A stretch of DNA of 64,000 bases from Monoglobaceae bacterium (GTDB lineage: Bacteria > Bacillota > Clostridia > Monoglobales > Monoglobaceae). The number at the start of each line of letters is the position of its first letter. The stretch's first letter is position 1. Made by a program: the position numbers and the translations under genes. Location: contig JBGVEN010000017.1 in NCBI GenBank assembly GCA_045120135.1, forward strand, positions 12,278 to 76,277, in the 5' to 3' direction. The notes beneath the pieces were generated by a model, which saw only the letters and a program-made list of their open reading frames with translations, was not told the origin of the DNA and searched no databases. This document shows, piece after piece, positions 1 to 9,051 of this stretch.

Positions 1-1902
1 TCAACAGGCAACCTTGATGGGAAGATTGCGCTCATCACCCGTGGCGGTGCAAGCTTTACCGACAGCTTTAATGCGGCAGAGCAACGGGGAGCTTTGGGGG
101 TAATACTGATAAACTCCAATGATGAATACATTAATGTAGCTGCCGAGGGGTGCAGTATTCCGGCGGCGGTGGTTACGGCAACCGATGGCAAGCTTCTTAA
201 AACGGCTGAGATTAAAAGTGTTACTGTGGGCAGGCGTGAGTATGGAGTAAGTACATTTTCGAGCCGGGGTGCAGCACCGGATTTAAGGATTAAGCCGGAG
301 GTTTCGGCTGTCGGTGAGGCGGTTGTGTCGGCGGCATATAACAACGGATATGCATACAATGCAGGAACTTCCATGGCGACACCACAGTATGCAGGGGCGG
401 TTGCGTCAGTTTTAGATTATATCAATCAGGATATAAATTCCGCTATGTCGAAAAGTGCAAAGCGAGTGCTTGCGACACAGCTTCTTAATTCCACGGCGGT
501 TGTAATTCGGGATTTGTCGGCAAATACGGAGAGTACGCCGGCTTCGCCCCGTGCTCAGGGTGCTGGTGCGATAAGCCTTGAAAATGCCGTTAAATCGCCG
601 GCGGTGGTGGTGAACAGCTATAATGACAAGGTTAAGATTGAGTTAGGTGAAATTTCAAAGGCGGAAGTGGATTTTTCGTTTACCGTTAAAAATATCTCGC
701 TTGAGCCGATTACATATAAGCTTGGGGCAGAGGTTGTGACAGATGGCACGGAGCAGTTAGTTACGGATAGCGGAAAAACTGTAAATGTGGTTTCGGGGAG
801 CCGGATTTTGGATGGAGCGGAGATTACCTTTGATTGTGGGAATTCGGTTACTGTTCCTGTTGGCGGAGCGGTGACGGTTAATGCAAGAATTGACCTTTCG
901 GAAACGGACCTTGCAACCCTTGGTGAGGTGTTTGAAAACGGGTTCTTTGTTGAGGGGTTTGTTTATCTTTTAAACGAAGAGATGCCGCAGCTTTCCATTC
1001 CGTTTATGGGATTTTACGGGGATTGGAGTGCAGTTCCGGCTTTTGACGGAGCGGACTACGGATTGTTAAACGGCTTATGCAGGGCGTTTATAAGGGACGG
1101 AGCATCGTATCTTGCAGGACTTAATTCGGATAGTGATGGAACTATGTTCTTTTCGCCTAAAACAGGGGAATTGGGGTTTGCTGTTCAGAGTGTCAGAAAT
1201 CTTAGACAGATATTATTTATAGTTAACAACAGCGACGGGCAGATGGTTTATGGGATTCAGGGCGAATATATCCGAAAAAATATGGACGCTCAAATCAGTA
1301 TTTTTGCCGGAGGCTTCAACGGGATGACAGGTGACAAGACATTGCCGGACGGTGAATATACAGCGGTTATGATTGCCACTCCCGATTGCAGTGACGGCGC
1401 TGAAAATCCTCAGATTTATCAGTTTAAAATACTGATGGACAGCGGTGTGCCCACCATTTATGATGCTTTTGTCCGGACAGAGACAATTAATGGCAAGAAC
1501 GGAAGATGGTTATGGTTAAAGGCGGCAGATGAGACGTCAGGTGCTCCGTTGGCATACAGCTTTATCGATTCGGCAGGCAAGACAGTATCGCCGCTTTATA
1601 TTTCTAACTCAACCGGACACCGGATGTTTGATGTGACGGGATATTCACTTGCGGACACAAAAATACGGATTTTAGATATGGCGATGAATATTTCGGATTA
1701 TACTGTGAAAGCTGCGGACGGATTTTCGGGATGTTATGACGGCTTAACGCTGAAGTCCCTTAGTCCGTGGAGCGCATTTGTGGCAGGGAATCTTATTCTG
1801 AACAGGTATGATGTTAAGAAAAATGCTGACGGATATATTCAGCGGCTATATGTGTGGGATGATAATTTGAATCCACTGGCTGTGCCGTGTGATGTGGAGT
1901 AA
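1..1902 (+). CDS. Subtilisin-like (S8) serine peptidase, C-terminal part; the 5' end lies upstream of the window
   Basis: Frame 1 is open from base 1 (STGNLDGKIALITRGGASF, PA-domain-like). FSSRGAAPDLRIKPEVSAVG and the catalytic-Ser motif GTSMATPQYAG are typical of S8 peptidases. A long beta-rich C-terminal region follows. Confidence 0.8.
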   Translation, partial: STGNLDGKIALITRGGASFTDSFNAAEQRGALGVILINSNDEYINVAAEGCSIPAAVVTATDGKLLKTAEIKSVTVGRREYGVSTFSSRGAAPDLRIKPEVSAVGEAVVSAAYNNGYAYNAGTSMATPQYAGAVASVLDYINQDINSAMSKSAKRVLATQLLNSTAVVIRDLSANTESTPASPRAQGAGAISLENAVKSPAVVVNSYNDKVKIELGEISKAEVDFSFTVKNISLEPITYKLGAEVVTDGTEQLVTDSGKTVNVVSGSRILDGAEITFDCGNSVTVPVGGAVTVNARIDLSETDLATLGEVFENGFFVEGFVYLLNEEMPQLSIPFMGFYGDWSAVPAFDGADYGLLNGLCRAFIRDGASYLAGLNSDSDGTMFFSPKTGELGFAVQSVRNLRQILFIVNNSDGQMVYGIQGEYIRKNMDAQISIFAGGFNGMTGDKTLPDGEYTAVMIATPDCSDGAENPQIYQFKILMDSGVPTIYDAFVRTETINGKNGRWLWLKAADETSGAPLAYSFIDSAGKTVSPLYISNSTGHRMFDVTGYSLADTKIRILDMAMNISDYTVKAADGFSGCYDGLTLKSLSPWSAFVAGNLILNRYDVKKNADGYIQRLYVWDDNLNPLAVPCDVE

Positions 1903-1905
1903 CAG

Positions 1906-1938
1906 AAAAAGCTCTTTTCTAAACGAAAAGAGCTTTTT
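1906..1938. terminator. Bidirectional intrinsic terminator between the peptidase gene and folC
   Basis: Perfect 13-bp stem aaaagctcttttc / gaaaagagctttt, flanked by A-run and T-run. Confidence 0.7.
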
Positions 1939-1940
1939 GA

Positions 1941-3215
1941 TTATTTAACTTCAGAAAAGTCTTTATACAGATAAAGCGAACCGCAGATTATTGTCGGCTT
2001 GTTTTTTTTGAGAGCCGTGGTGTAGGCGTCCTTTAACTCTTTGTAGGGAGTTGCGGAAATTTTGTAATTATATGCAACTTTACATACGACTTCGGCTTCG
2101 GCGGCGCGGGGGTTATCCTTAACCTTTACGGCAAAGAGCTCGGAAGAATCCATAAGCCCTGAATATTTAAGTGCTGAAAACGAGCCGTCAATATCCTTGT
2201 CGCCCATAAATGCCATAATAAAGGTTGCGCCCTGCCAATCGGGAAAGTAGTGGCGGAGACTTTCTATAAGTGCATTAATACCGTTTTTGTTGTGTGCACC
2301 GTCATAGATTACGATGGGGTCGTTTTGTATTATTTCAAACCTTGCCGGGTTGGTTGCTTTTTTTAGTCCGGAGCGGATAAATTTCTCGTCTATGCCCAAA
2401 GCCAGAGCTGTCTCAACTGCGAGTGCTGCATTTTCGGGCTGATAAAATCCGGTAATTCCGCATTCGAGGGAGTCGAGATTTTTATAATTAAATATCTCGT
2501 GGAAGTTTTGTGAATTGGTTATTTCGGGAGTGTCGGCTATAATCAGGCGGTTATGTCGATTTGCGCATACTTTTGACAGTACGGACATTGCCTCGTTGGA
2601 TTGCAGCGAGGTTATGGTCAGCCCTTCTGCGGTACTTGCGAGCGGAGTTTTGATTATACCGGCTTTTTCGGTTGCAATTTCGGCAAGGGTGTTGCCGAGG
2701 TATTCGGTATGGTCAAGGTCAAGCCGTGTTATAACCGAGGCAAGCGGCGGAGGAATGATATTTGTTGCGTCACGTGTTCCGCCCAGGCCTGTTTCGAGAA
2801 TAACGATGTCACATTTCTTTGCTTTGAAGTAGCAGAGTGCGGCGGCTGTCCATATTTCAAACTGGGTGGGAAGCTCGCCTTGTTCGGCTTTGACTTTTTC
2901 GGCGCTTTTTTCTACCGAGTGGAGGAGTGTGTCGAGTTCTGTATCGTCAATGAGTGTACCATCAATTGAAATTCGTTCTGCGACTTTTATGAGGTTCGGC
3001 GAGGTGTATTTTCCGGTTTTATATCCGGCGTCGGTGAAGATGCATTGCAGAAAGCTGCAGACCGAGCCTTTGCCGTTTGTGCCTGCAATATGAATAAACT
3101 TTAAATCGTTTTGCGGGTTGCCGAGATGGTGGAGAAGTCGCTCGATACTTTCGAGTCGGAGTCTTGCGATTGCCTGAAAGCTGTTGGCGTATTGGGTAAA
3201 GCTTTGGTTGCTCAT
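1941..3215 (-). CDS. folC: Folylpolyglutamate synthase / dihydrofolate synthase
   Basis: 424 aa with the Mur-ligase P-loop HIAGTNGKGS. Lies immediately downstream of the folate transporter gene behind a THF riboswitch. Confidence 0.85.
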   Translation of the reverse strand: MSNQSFTQYANSFQAIARLRLESIERLLHHLGNPQNDLKFIHIAGTNGKGSVCSFLQCIFTDAGYKTGKYTSPNLIKVAERISIDGTLIDDTELDTLLHSVEKSAEKVKAEQGELPTQFEIWTAAALCYFKAKKCDIVILETGLGGTRDATNIIPPPLASVITRLDLDHTEYLGNTLAEIATEKAGIIKTPLASTAEGLTITSLQSNEAMSVLSKVCANRHNRLIIADTPEITNSQNFHEIFNYKNLDSLECGITGFYQPENAALAVETALALGIDEKFIRSGLKKATNPARFEIIQNDPIVIYDGAHNKNGINALIESLRHYFPDWQGATFIMAFMGDKDIDGSFSALKYSGLMDSSELFAVKVKDNPRAAEAEVVCKVAYNYKISATPYKELKDAYTTALKKNKPTIICGSLYLYKDFSEVK

Positions 3216-3216
3216 T

Positions 3217-3771
3217 TTATTTTGATTTCTCCTTTGATTTCAGTTTGTTCATCGTGATTGTCAGCGGAAAGATTGCTATAAGGATAGCTATATGCAAAAC
3301 AAGCTTGATTGTACCGGCAGGGGTTCTGAAAATGAAGCCTGCCAGAAAGGTTGAATACCAGCCCAGCCAAAGCGAAAAGACAGCTGTGGTGATGACCATA
3401 TCTATAAACAGCTGGCAAAAAGCACAGAAGATTACCCGTATGGTATAGTCGGTGCGGCTGAGGTTTTGTTTGAGAAAAAACAGACCAAAGGTGAAGCCGG
3501 AGATAAATTCGATTACTGTAATTTGCGGAATGATAGGACCGCTGGGGGCAAGGATGCAGTTCATAATATCTCCGATGGCTGCAACCAGACCGCCGTATAC
3601 AGGACCATACAGGATAGCGGTTATAAATACCGAAATGAATTTAAGGGGTATTTTGCCTACGGTGCCGAACCTGAATGTGCAGAACACCGAAAGAAGTGTG
3701 GTGATTGCTATAAGCAGACCCAATATACATATGTCTCTGACTTTAAGTGGTGGGAAAAATGGTTTTTGCAT
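3217..3771 (-). CDS. folT: Folate-family ECF transporter S component
   Basis: 184-aa polytopic membrane protein. Sits directly downstream of a THF riboswitch and is translationally coupled to folC. Confidence 0.75.
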   Translation of the reverse strand: MQKPFFPPLKVRDICILGLLIAITTLLSVFCTFRFGTVGKIPLKFISVFITAILYGPVYGGLVAAIGDIMNCILAPSGPIIPQITVIEFISGFTFGLFFLKQNLSRTDYTIRVIFCAFCQLFIDMVITTAVFSLWLGWYSTFLAGFIFRTPAGTIKLVLHIAILIAIFPLTITMNKLKSKEKSK

Positions 3772-3810
3772 AAAAAATTACCCTTTCTGCAGAATCGCTA
3801 CAAAAAGGGT
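3772..3810 (-). terminator. Expression platform of the THF riboswitch: terminator hairpin that also sequesters the RBS
   Basis: Minus strand reads ACCCTTT-loop-AAAGGGT followed by AATTTTTT and then ATG. The 3' arm contains the only Shine-Dalgarno-like AAAGGG. Confidence 0.65.
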
Positions 3811-3830
3811 AATAGAATATACGAATTTTG

Positions 3831-3938
3831 CAGCAACGGAATGCGGAATCAATATCGCAAGCTGAAAGGTCAGCTTTTCGTAAAGACGACAACTTCCCGT
3901 CCGTCCTTCACTTAACGCATTGATTCCTACTTTGCTAT
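3831..3938 (-). promoter_or_regulatory. THF (tetrahydrofolate) riboswitch, THF-I / folT motif
   Basis: Minus strand reads AGCAAAGUAGGAAUCAAUGCGUUAAGUG...ACGGGAAGUUGUCGUC...ACGAA...GCGAUAUUGAUUCCGCAUUCCGUUGCU. This matches the conserved blocks of the folT motif as I recall them (GUAG-UGAUUCGCGUUAAGUG, GGGAUGUCGUC, ACGAA, GAAUCAUUGCAUCCGCU), and it lies upstream of folT. Confidence 0.8.
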
Positions 3939-3963
3939 TTCAAAAATCTTTAGTGGAGTTCTT

Positions 3964-4434
3964 TTACTGTTTGCCGAGCTTGCCTCTGCTGTCCTTAACT
4001 ATTGCAATGCACTGTTCAAGGTCACGGACAGTTTTGAGAACAACAGCTTCAACATTCTCGAGCAGGTAGTCGGAATACTGATAAACAGAATTCTTTTCGG
4101 CATTTGCCTCGGCGTTTGCCTGACCCATAATCTCAGCTGCTGCTGCGGTTGCCTTTTTGGTAATCTCGTTTTCGTCAACCATTCTGATAAGCTGGTCGTT
4201 GGCGTTCTTGATGATTTCCTCAGCTTCCTTACGTGCATCGTTTATGATGTTCTGGCGCTCTGCCTTAATCCATTTTGCCTGTTCTAAGTCTGTGGGCATT
4301 TTGAGACGGATTTCGGAGAGAATTTCAAGAAGCTCTTCCTTATCCAAAAGGCAGCGACCTGTAAAGGGCACAGCAACTCCTTTGTCAATAATGTCCTCCA
4401 ACTCGTTTATTAAACCTAAAGTATCCAGTTCCAT
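3964..4434 (-). CDS. Conserved coiled-coil protein of unknown function (ATPase subunit b/G-like helical region)
   Basis: 156-aa charged helical protein (AERQNIINDARKEAEEIIKNANDQ) immediately downstream of coaD; function not assignable. Confidence 0.5.
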   Translation of the reverse strand: MELDTLGLINELEDIIDKGVAVPFTGRCLLDKEELLEILSEIRLKMPTDLEQAKWIKAERQNIINDARKEAEEIIKNANDQLIRMVDENEITKKATAAAAEIMGQANAEANAEKNSVYQYSDYLLENVEAVVLKTVRDLEQCIAIVKDSRGKLGKQ

Positions 4435-4462
4435 AATGGTACCTCCTTAAAAATTCAAGTTT

Positions 4463-4942
4463 TTAATGACCAAAACGGCGTTTAACTGCGGATTCAATCT
4501 CCGGTGTAACAAGACCATGAAGCTCGCCGTTGTATTTTGCAACTTCCTTTACAATGCTTGAGCTTAAGAACATAAACTCGGCACTGCACGGTATAAATAC
4601 CGTTTCAATTTCGTCAAACAGGGCACGGTTTGTAAGTGCCATCTGAAATTCATACTCGTAATCGGAAACGGCGCGAAGGCCTTTGATGATTATTTTGTAG
4701 CCGTTTTCCTTCATAAATGTTGCAAGAAGACCCGAGAATAAGCACACCTCAACGTTGGGCAGCTCTTTTGTCGCACCTTCAAGCATTGCGACTCTTTCCT
4801 CAAGTGAAAAGAGCGGACTTTTTTTATCATTAATCAGTACTGCAACAACAACCTTATCAAATAGTGCGGAGGCGCGCTTTATAATGTCAAGATGGCCGTT
4901 TGTGCAGGGGTCAAAGCTACCGGGATAAACTGCAGTTTTCAT
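4463..4942 (-). CDS. coaD: Phosphopantetheine adenylyltransferase
   Basis: 159 aa with YPGSFDPCTNGHLDII (nucleotidyltransferase HxGH-type motif). Shows the classic rsmD-coaD pairing. Confidence 0.9.
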   Translation of the reverse strand: MKTAVYPGSFDPCTNGHLDIIKRASALFDKVVVAVLINDKKSPLFSLEERVAMLEGATKELPNVEVCLFSGLLATFMKENGYKIIIKGLRAVSDYEYEFQMALTNRALFDEIETVFIPCSAEFMFLSSSIVKEVAKYNGELHGLVTPEIESAVKRRFGH

Positions 4943-4957
4943 AGCCGTTCACCTTTC

Positions 4958-5506
4958 TCATTTATGTGGGCAAAGGACAAACACTGTGGTTTTGCCATAC
5001 TTTGCACTGCGTTTTATGTCAAATTGGTCAGTTGCGGGAGTTTCGCCCAGATGCTCACTTTCGGCAACGATTATGCCGTTTTCGGTGAGCAGATTATTTT
5101 TATAAATCAAGTCAATTGATTTTGTTAGAAGACCCGTATTATACGGTGGGTCAAGAAATATAATATCAAACTTAAGGCTCGTCCGGTCGAGATACGAAAA
5201 TGCGTCGCCTGGGATAAGCTCTGCTCTTTCGGAAACTTTGGCAAGCTCGAGGTTTTTCCGGATAATGGAAAGTGCGGATTTGTCTTTTTCAACAAAAGCG
5301 CAATGCTTTGAGCCACGGCTGAGTGCCTCGATGCCAAGCCCGCCGCTCCCTGCAAAAAGGTCAAGAACCGAGTCTGCCGGAAGATTTGGAGAAATTATAT
5401 TAAAAATAGATTCCTTGACACGGTCGGTGGTGGGGCGGGTATCATACCCTTCGGGGGCAAGGAGCTTACGCCCTCTTGCAGAACCAGAAATAACACGCAC
5501 CATCAA
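4958..5506 (-). CDS. rsmD: 16S rRNA (guanine966-N2)-methyltransferase
   Basis: 182 aa with the SAM motif LDLFAGSGGLGIEALSRG and DPPY; lies upstream of coaD. Confidence 0.85.
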   Translation of the reverse strand: MMVRVISGSARGRKLLAPEGYDTRPTTDRVKESIFNIISPNLPADSVLDLFAGSGGLGIEALSRGSKHCAFVEKDKSALSIIRKNLELAKVSERAELIPGDAFSYLDRTSLKFDIIFLDPPYNTGLLTKSIDLIYKNNLLTENGIIVAESEHLGETPATDQFDIKRSAKYGKTTVFVLCPHK

Positions 5507-5582
5507 TCACCTCGTTGGCTACCTGACAAAAAGTAGACATATATATACTATTGTATATAATTTATAAATTTTGTCAAGGTTT

Positions 5583-5800
5583 TTGGCAAAAAAAACTCAA
5601 AAAAAATAAACCCCACATATGCCGTATACGGGATAAAGTAAAAACCTGCATGGCAGGTGGGATAAGTCCCGAAGACATTACAAGTCCACTGGCCGCAAAA
5701 AATTGCGGGAGGCATGTGCGCCGCCTATCGGAGATGGATTCCCTTTGATAATTTGTTGGTTTTACATTGATCCGCATCTACGAACACCGCAGGGTGTATT
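5583..5800 (-). promoter_or_regulatory. Candidate structured 5' leader upstream of rsmD-coaD (possibly ylbH-leader-like)
   Basis: GC-rich patch in an otherwise AT-rich 536-bp spacer with several short hairpins (ccgtatacgg, cctgcatggcagg, ccgcaaaaaattgcgg, acaccgcagggtgt). A T-run follows on the minus strand before rsmD. The family assignment is not verified. Confidence 0.3.
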
Positions 5801-6042
5801 TACAAAGTTTAAGTCTTTAAAACCTTTAGTATTAAGTTGTTACAACAAGTATATTAGCACAAATTTATGAGAATTTCAATAGGAAAATACTGTTTTTAAT
5901 ATGGAAAAAAATAAGTCTTTGCAAATCCGACATAATAGTGTATAATAAGACATAAACACATAGGAGAATTGTTTTTATGGTTTTGCCGGAATTTGAGGCG
6001 GAGCAGGAACATATATTTTACACATGACAGGAGGCGAGGTTC

Positions 6043-6666
6043 GTGAGAATTGAACGCATTGATGAAAATAAAATAAAGATTACGGTCAGCGGCGACGATA
6101 TTCGTATGTGGAATGTTGACCTTAAAAATTTTACGGACAACACGCCCGAGGCGCAAGATATGTTTTCGTTTGCGCTTAAGCAGGCGGAGCAGGATGTGAA
6201 TTTTACGGTCGGGAAGTCGCAGCTTTTGGTGGAGACTATGCCTGACGGTGACGAGGGGTATATTCTTGTTATAAGCCGGCTTGAGTCGGAACGTGAGGTT
6301 GCAGAGGCGCTTGTGCGTGCCGGTAAGCAGGCAAAACAGGCGGAATTTCGGGTTAAGCGGAAATCCCGCATGGGTCCCCTTATAAGAATTTATCGGTTTA
6401 CTGATTTTGAGGCGCTTTGCCAGGGTATCTCGGAAATTTATGAGCTGTATATGGGCTCTAGTAGAGTGTTTAAGTATCAGGGTGAGTTTTATCTAGAACT
6501 TGTGCCGATTGATTCTTTCGGGTTTTTTGAGATTGAGAATATTCTCTCAGAGTTTTCACGCAAGGAAAAGAGTGCCGCAACTATGCAGGGAGTGCTGAAC
6601 GAGCACGGACAGCTTCTGATTGAAGAGGATGCGGTACGGAACATTGCAGCTAATTTTTTGAAATAG
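6043..6666 (+). CDS. mecA: Adaptor protein MecA (Clp adaptor)
   Basis: 207 aa with a GTG start after AGGAGG. The N-terminus MRIERIDENKIKITVSGDDI resembles the MecA N-terminus (MEIERINEHTVKF...). Confidence 0.65.
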   Translation: MRIERIDENKIKITVSGDDIRMWNVDLKNFTDNTPEAQDMFSFALKQAEQDVNFTVGKSQLLVETMPDGDEGYILVISRLESEREVAEALVRAGKQAKQAEFRVKRKSRMGPLIRIYRFTDFEALCQGISEIYELYMGSSRVFKYQGEFYLELVPIDSFGFFEIENILSEFSRKEKSAATMQGVLNEHGQLLIEEDAVRNIAANFLK

Positions 6667-6753
6667 TACAGATATGCAGAAACATAAAGTTTCTGCATAT
6701 TTTTTTGTATTTTTTAATATATTTAAGTACATTAAATTAAGGGAGAGTTTTAA

Positions 6754-7017
6754 ATGGAAGAAAAAAAACACGGACTTCAGATGCAGGGCAGAGAAAGACT
6801 TTCTGTTACAGGCGTGGAGGATGTTGACAGCTTTGATGATGACAAGGTGATTGCATATACGACAGAGGGGATAATGACGGTGCGGGGTGCAGAGCTTCGG
6901 ATAAACCGGCTTAATGTTGAAAACGGGGAGCTTGAGATTGAGGGGATTGTTGACGCAATTACATACGAGGACGGGCATAAGTCAAGCGGCGGATTTTTTA
7001 GTAAAATATTCAAGTAG
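6754..7017 (+). CDS. yabP: Sporulation protein YabP
   Basis: 87 aa with the YabP-like pattern ERLSVTGVEDVDSFDDDKVIAYTTEGIMTVRGAELRINRLNVENGEL; followed by yabQ and divIC as in Bacillus. Confidence 0.8.
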   Translation: MEEKKHGLQMQGRERLSVTGVEDVDSFDDDKVIAYTTEGIMTVRGAELRINRLNVENGELEIEGIVDAITYEDGHKSSGGFFSKIFK

Positions 7018-7536
7018 GTGAGTGGTTTGTATTCAACAGTTTCCGGCGAGGCAATATTCTTTTTATTCAGTGCGCTGGCTGGAATATTTGCGATGTTTTT
7101 CTATGACATTCTCAGGATAAGCCGGCGAATTGTGAAAGTTGGAACGTCGGTGGTTACGGTAGAGGACATTCTGTTTTTTGTGCTGGCGGCGCTTATGCTT
7201 TTTTATGCTGCGTATCTCAAAAACAGTGGTGAGGTGCGGTGGCAGGGCTTTATAGGCGGTGCACTTGGCGCGGGAATATATTTTGTTGCCGTAAGAAATC
7301 GGGTTGTTGATGCAGGAACTGCCATTGTTCGTTGGTTTATGAAAGCTTTTGTAGGAGCTGTTCGGATTTGCCTTTTTCCCGTGCGGATTATATTCAAGGC
7401 GCTTAGAAAGCCTATTGCGGTTGTTGCCTGGTATACAGGTAAGGGACTGAGGCGTGCAAAACGGCTTGCAAGGCAGGCTAAGCTTAAGTCGAGAATGCGT
7501 GTTAAAAGTGCGTTTATGATGCTCAGAAAAAAGTAG
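7018..7536 (+). CDS. yabQ: Spore cortex biosynthesis protein YabQ
   Basis: 172-aa membrane protein starting directly at the yabP stop, in conserved gene order. Confidence 0.7.
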   Translation: MSGLYSTVSGEAIFFLFSALAGIFAMFFYDILRISRRIVKVGTSVVTVEDILFFVLAALMLFYAAYLKNSGEVRWQGFIGGALGAGIYFVAVRNRVVDAGTAIVRWFMKAFVGAVRICLFPVRIIFKALRKPIAVVAWYTGKGLRRAKRLARQAKLKSRMRVKSAFMMLRKK

Positions 7537-7637
7537 TTTTCTATTGACAAAAGGTTAGCTCTGGTTTATAATATAACCTAAGAAAGTGTTTTAATGTGGC
7601 GATTTGCCCGAAATTTTACGGCAGGGTGGTGTTTAAG

Positions 7638-7943
7638 ATGCAGCAGACAAAACGAAGAAAAGTTATAAAAGCAAACCTTAAACGACTTGTGCAGGTGGCT
7701 TTAGTTCTGGCTGTTTGCGTATATGTGGCTGTTATTTTAATTCAGCAGAGAGTTACCCTTGCTAAATGTGGAAAGGTTGCGGAGGAATACAAGGACAAGA
7801 TTTCGACGGCACAGCTGGAACAGCAACGGCTTGAGGACGAGCTTAAGCAGGCGGGCACCGACGAGTATCTTGAACGTATTGCCAGAGACAAGCTTGGGCT
7901 TGTAAAGGCAAACGAGCGTGTGTTTATTGATATTACTCAGTAG
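7638..7943 (+). CDS. divIC: Septum formation initiator (FtsB/DivIC family)
   Basis: ATG at 7638 follows a GGTGGTG RBS. It has one TM helix, then a coiled coil and RIARDKLGLVKANERVF. The upstream 14 codons of the tracked ORF are probably not translated. Confidence 0.75.
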   Translation: MQQTKRRKVIKANLKRLVQVALVLAVCVYVAVILIQQRVTLAKCGKVAEEYKDKISTAQLEQQRLEDELKQAGTDEYLERIARDKLGLVKANERVFIDITQ

Positions 7944-8057
7944 CTTTTTCTTAAGCCTTACACGGGGTTAACTCCTGTTGGCTTAAATGTTTCGTTGAAA
8001 TAATTTTTATTTACATATTGTATTGCTTGCAATACTTGAGGAGGATTTTTTTAGGTT

Positions 8058-8504
8058 ATGCAAATTGAGGAAGGCAGCGTACTTCGCGGCAAGGTTACCG
8101 GTATTGCACCGTTTGGTGCTTTTGTTGAGCTTGAGAGTGGAAAGACCGGTCTGGTACATATTTCGGAGGTGTCATCGGAGTACGTGGAGGACATAAGCAA
8201 GCACTTGACTCAGGGTCAGAGTGTTAAGGTAAAGGTTATGTCTGTTGATGAACAGGGCAAAATCAGCCTGTCCATAAAGAGGGCTACGGAAGATGGCACA
8301 AAAAAGAAACGTGAACCTCGTACCCGTACGGGCGGTCTCAAAGGAGCTCCTGAGGTTTTTGAGTTCGGCGGCAGAAGTAATATGGAAGATATGTCATTTG
8401 AGGATAAGCTCCTTAAGTTCAAACAGGACAGTGATGAAAAAATCCAGGACCTTAAGCGTAATACAGAAGGCAAGCGAAACGGTGGCTACAAAAGATCATA
8501 TTAG
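8058..8504 (+). CDS. S1 RNA-binding domain protein (YabR-like)
   Basis: The N-terminal segment GSVLRGKVTGIAPFGAFVELESGKTGLVHISEVS is a canonical S1 domain. It occupies the position after divIC, as in Bacillus. Confidence 0.8.
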   Translation: MQIEEGSVLRGKVTGIAPFGAFVELESGKTGLVHISEVSSEYVEDISKHLTQGQSVKVKVMSVDEQGKISLSIKRATEDGTKKKREPRTRTGGLKGAPEVFEFGGRSNMEDMSFEDKLLKFKQDSDEKIQDLKRNTEGKRNGGYKRSY

Positions 8505-8591
8505 CAATTAAGCGGAACTCTGTGTGGTTCCGTTTGCTGTATGTAAGCTGAATTTTATCCGATGTATAGTGTTGGGATACGAGGTGATAAT

Positions 8592-9032
8592 ATGAACGGG
8601 TATGCAATTTTCTGGCTTGCTTTGGCAATAGTCCTAGGGGTCATAGAAGCATCTACTGCTAATCTGATTACGGTATGGTTTGCAGTATCGGCACTTGTCG
8701 TTTCAATTATTGCGGCGCTTGGTGTAAATGGTGTTGCGCTACCCGTGATTTTTGTTGTGCTCGCAGCAATTCTGGTTGTTGCGACCCGGCCGCTGACCAG
8801 GAGATTTCTCGGTAAAAAGGCGGTTGCGACAAATGCGGACCGTATTATTTCTGCAACGGGTACGGTTATTGTTGACATTGACCCGGTGGAAAATGCAGGT
8901 CAGGTCAAGGTTATGGGCCAGATTTGGTCCGCAAAAACTGTAGACGGAGCACCCCTTGAAACAGGCACGGCTGTTCGCATTGTTGCTCTTGAGGGTGTTC
9001 GTGTTGTGGTTGAACGGATTAATGAAAATTGA
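8592..9032 (+). CDS. NfeD-family membrane protein
   Basis: ATG at 8592 follows GAGGTGA. It has N-terminal TM helices and a C-terminal OB-like region (GTVIVDIDPVENAGQVKVMGQIWSAK), and it precedes the SPFH gene, the usual NfeD partner. Confidence 0.75.
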   Translation: MNGYAIFWLALAIVLGVIEASTANLITVWFAVSALVVSIIAALGVNGVALPVIFVVLAAILVVATRPLTRRFLGKKAVATNADRIISATGTVIVDIDPVENAGQVKVMGQIWSAKTVDGAPLETGTAVRIVALEGVRVVVERINEN

Positions 9033-9051
9033 TAAAAACGGAGGTTAAGTT

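Noticed and set aside
2515-3093. Three plus-strand ORFs (105, 122 and 75 aa) inside folC
   Set aside because: They are antisense to a well-supported folC gene, have low-complexity or odd composition, and lack RBS and motifs.
5551-5777. 65-aa and 67-aa ORFs in the rsmD upstream spacer
   Set aside because: They overlap each other on opposite strands within the hairpin-rich segment and show no translation signals.
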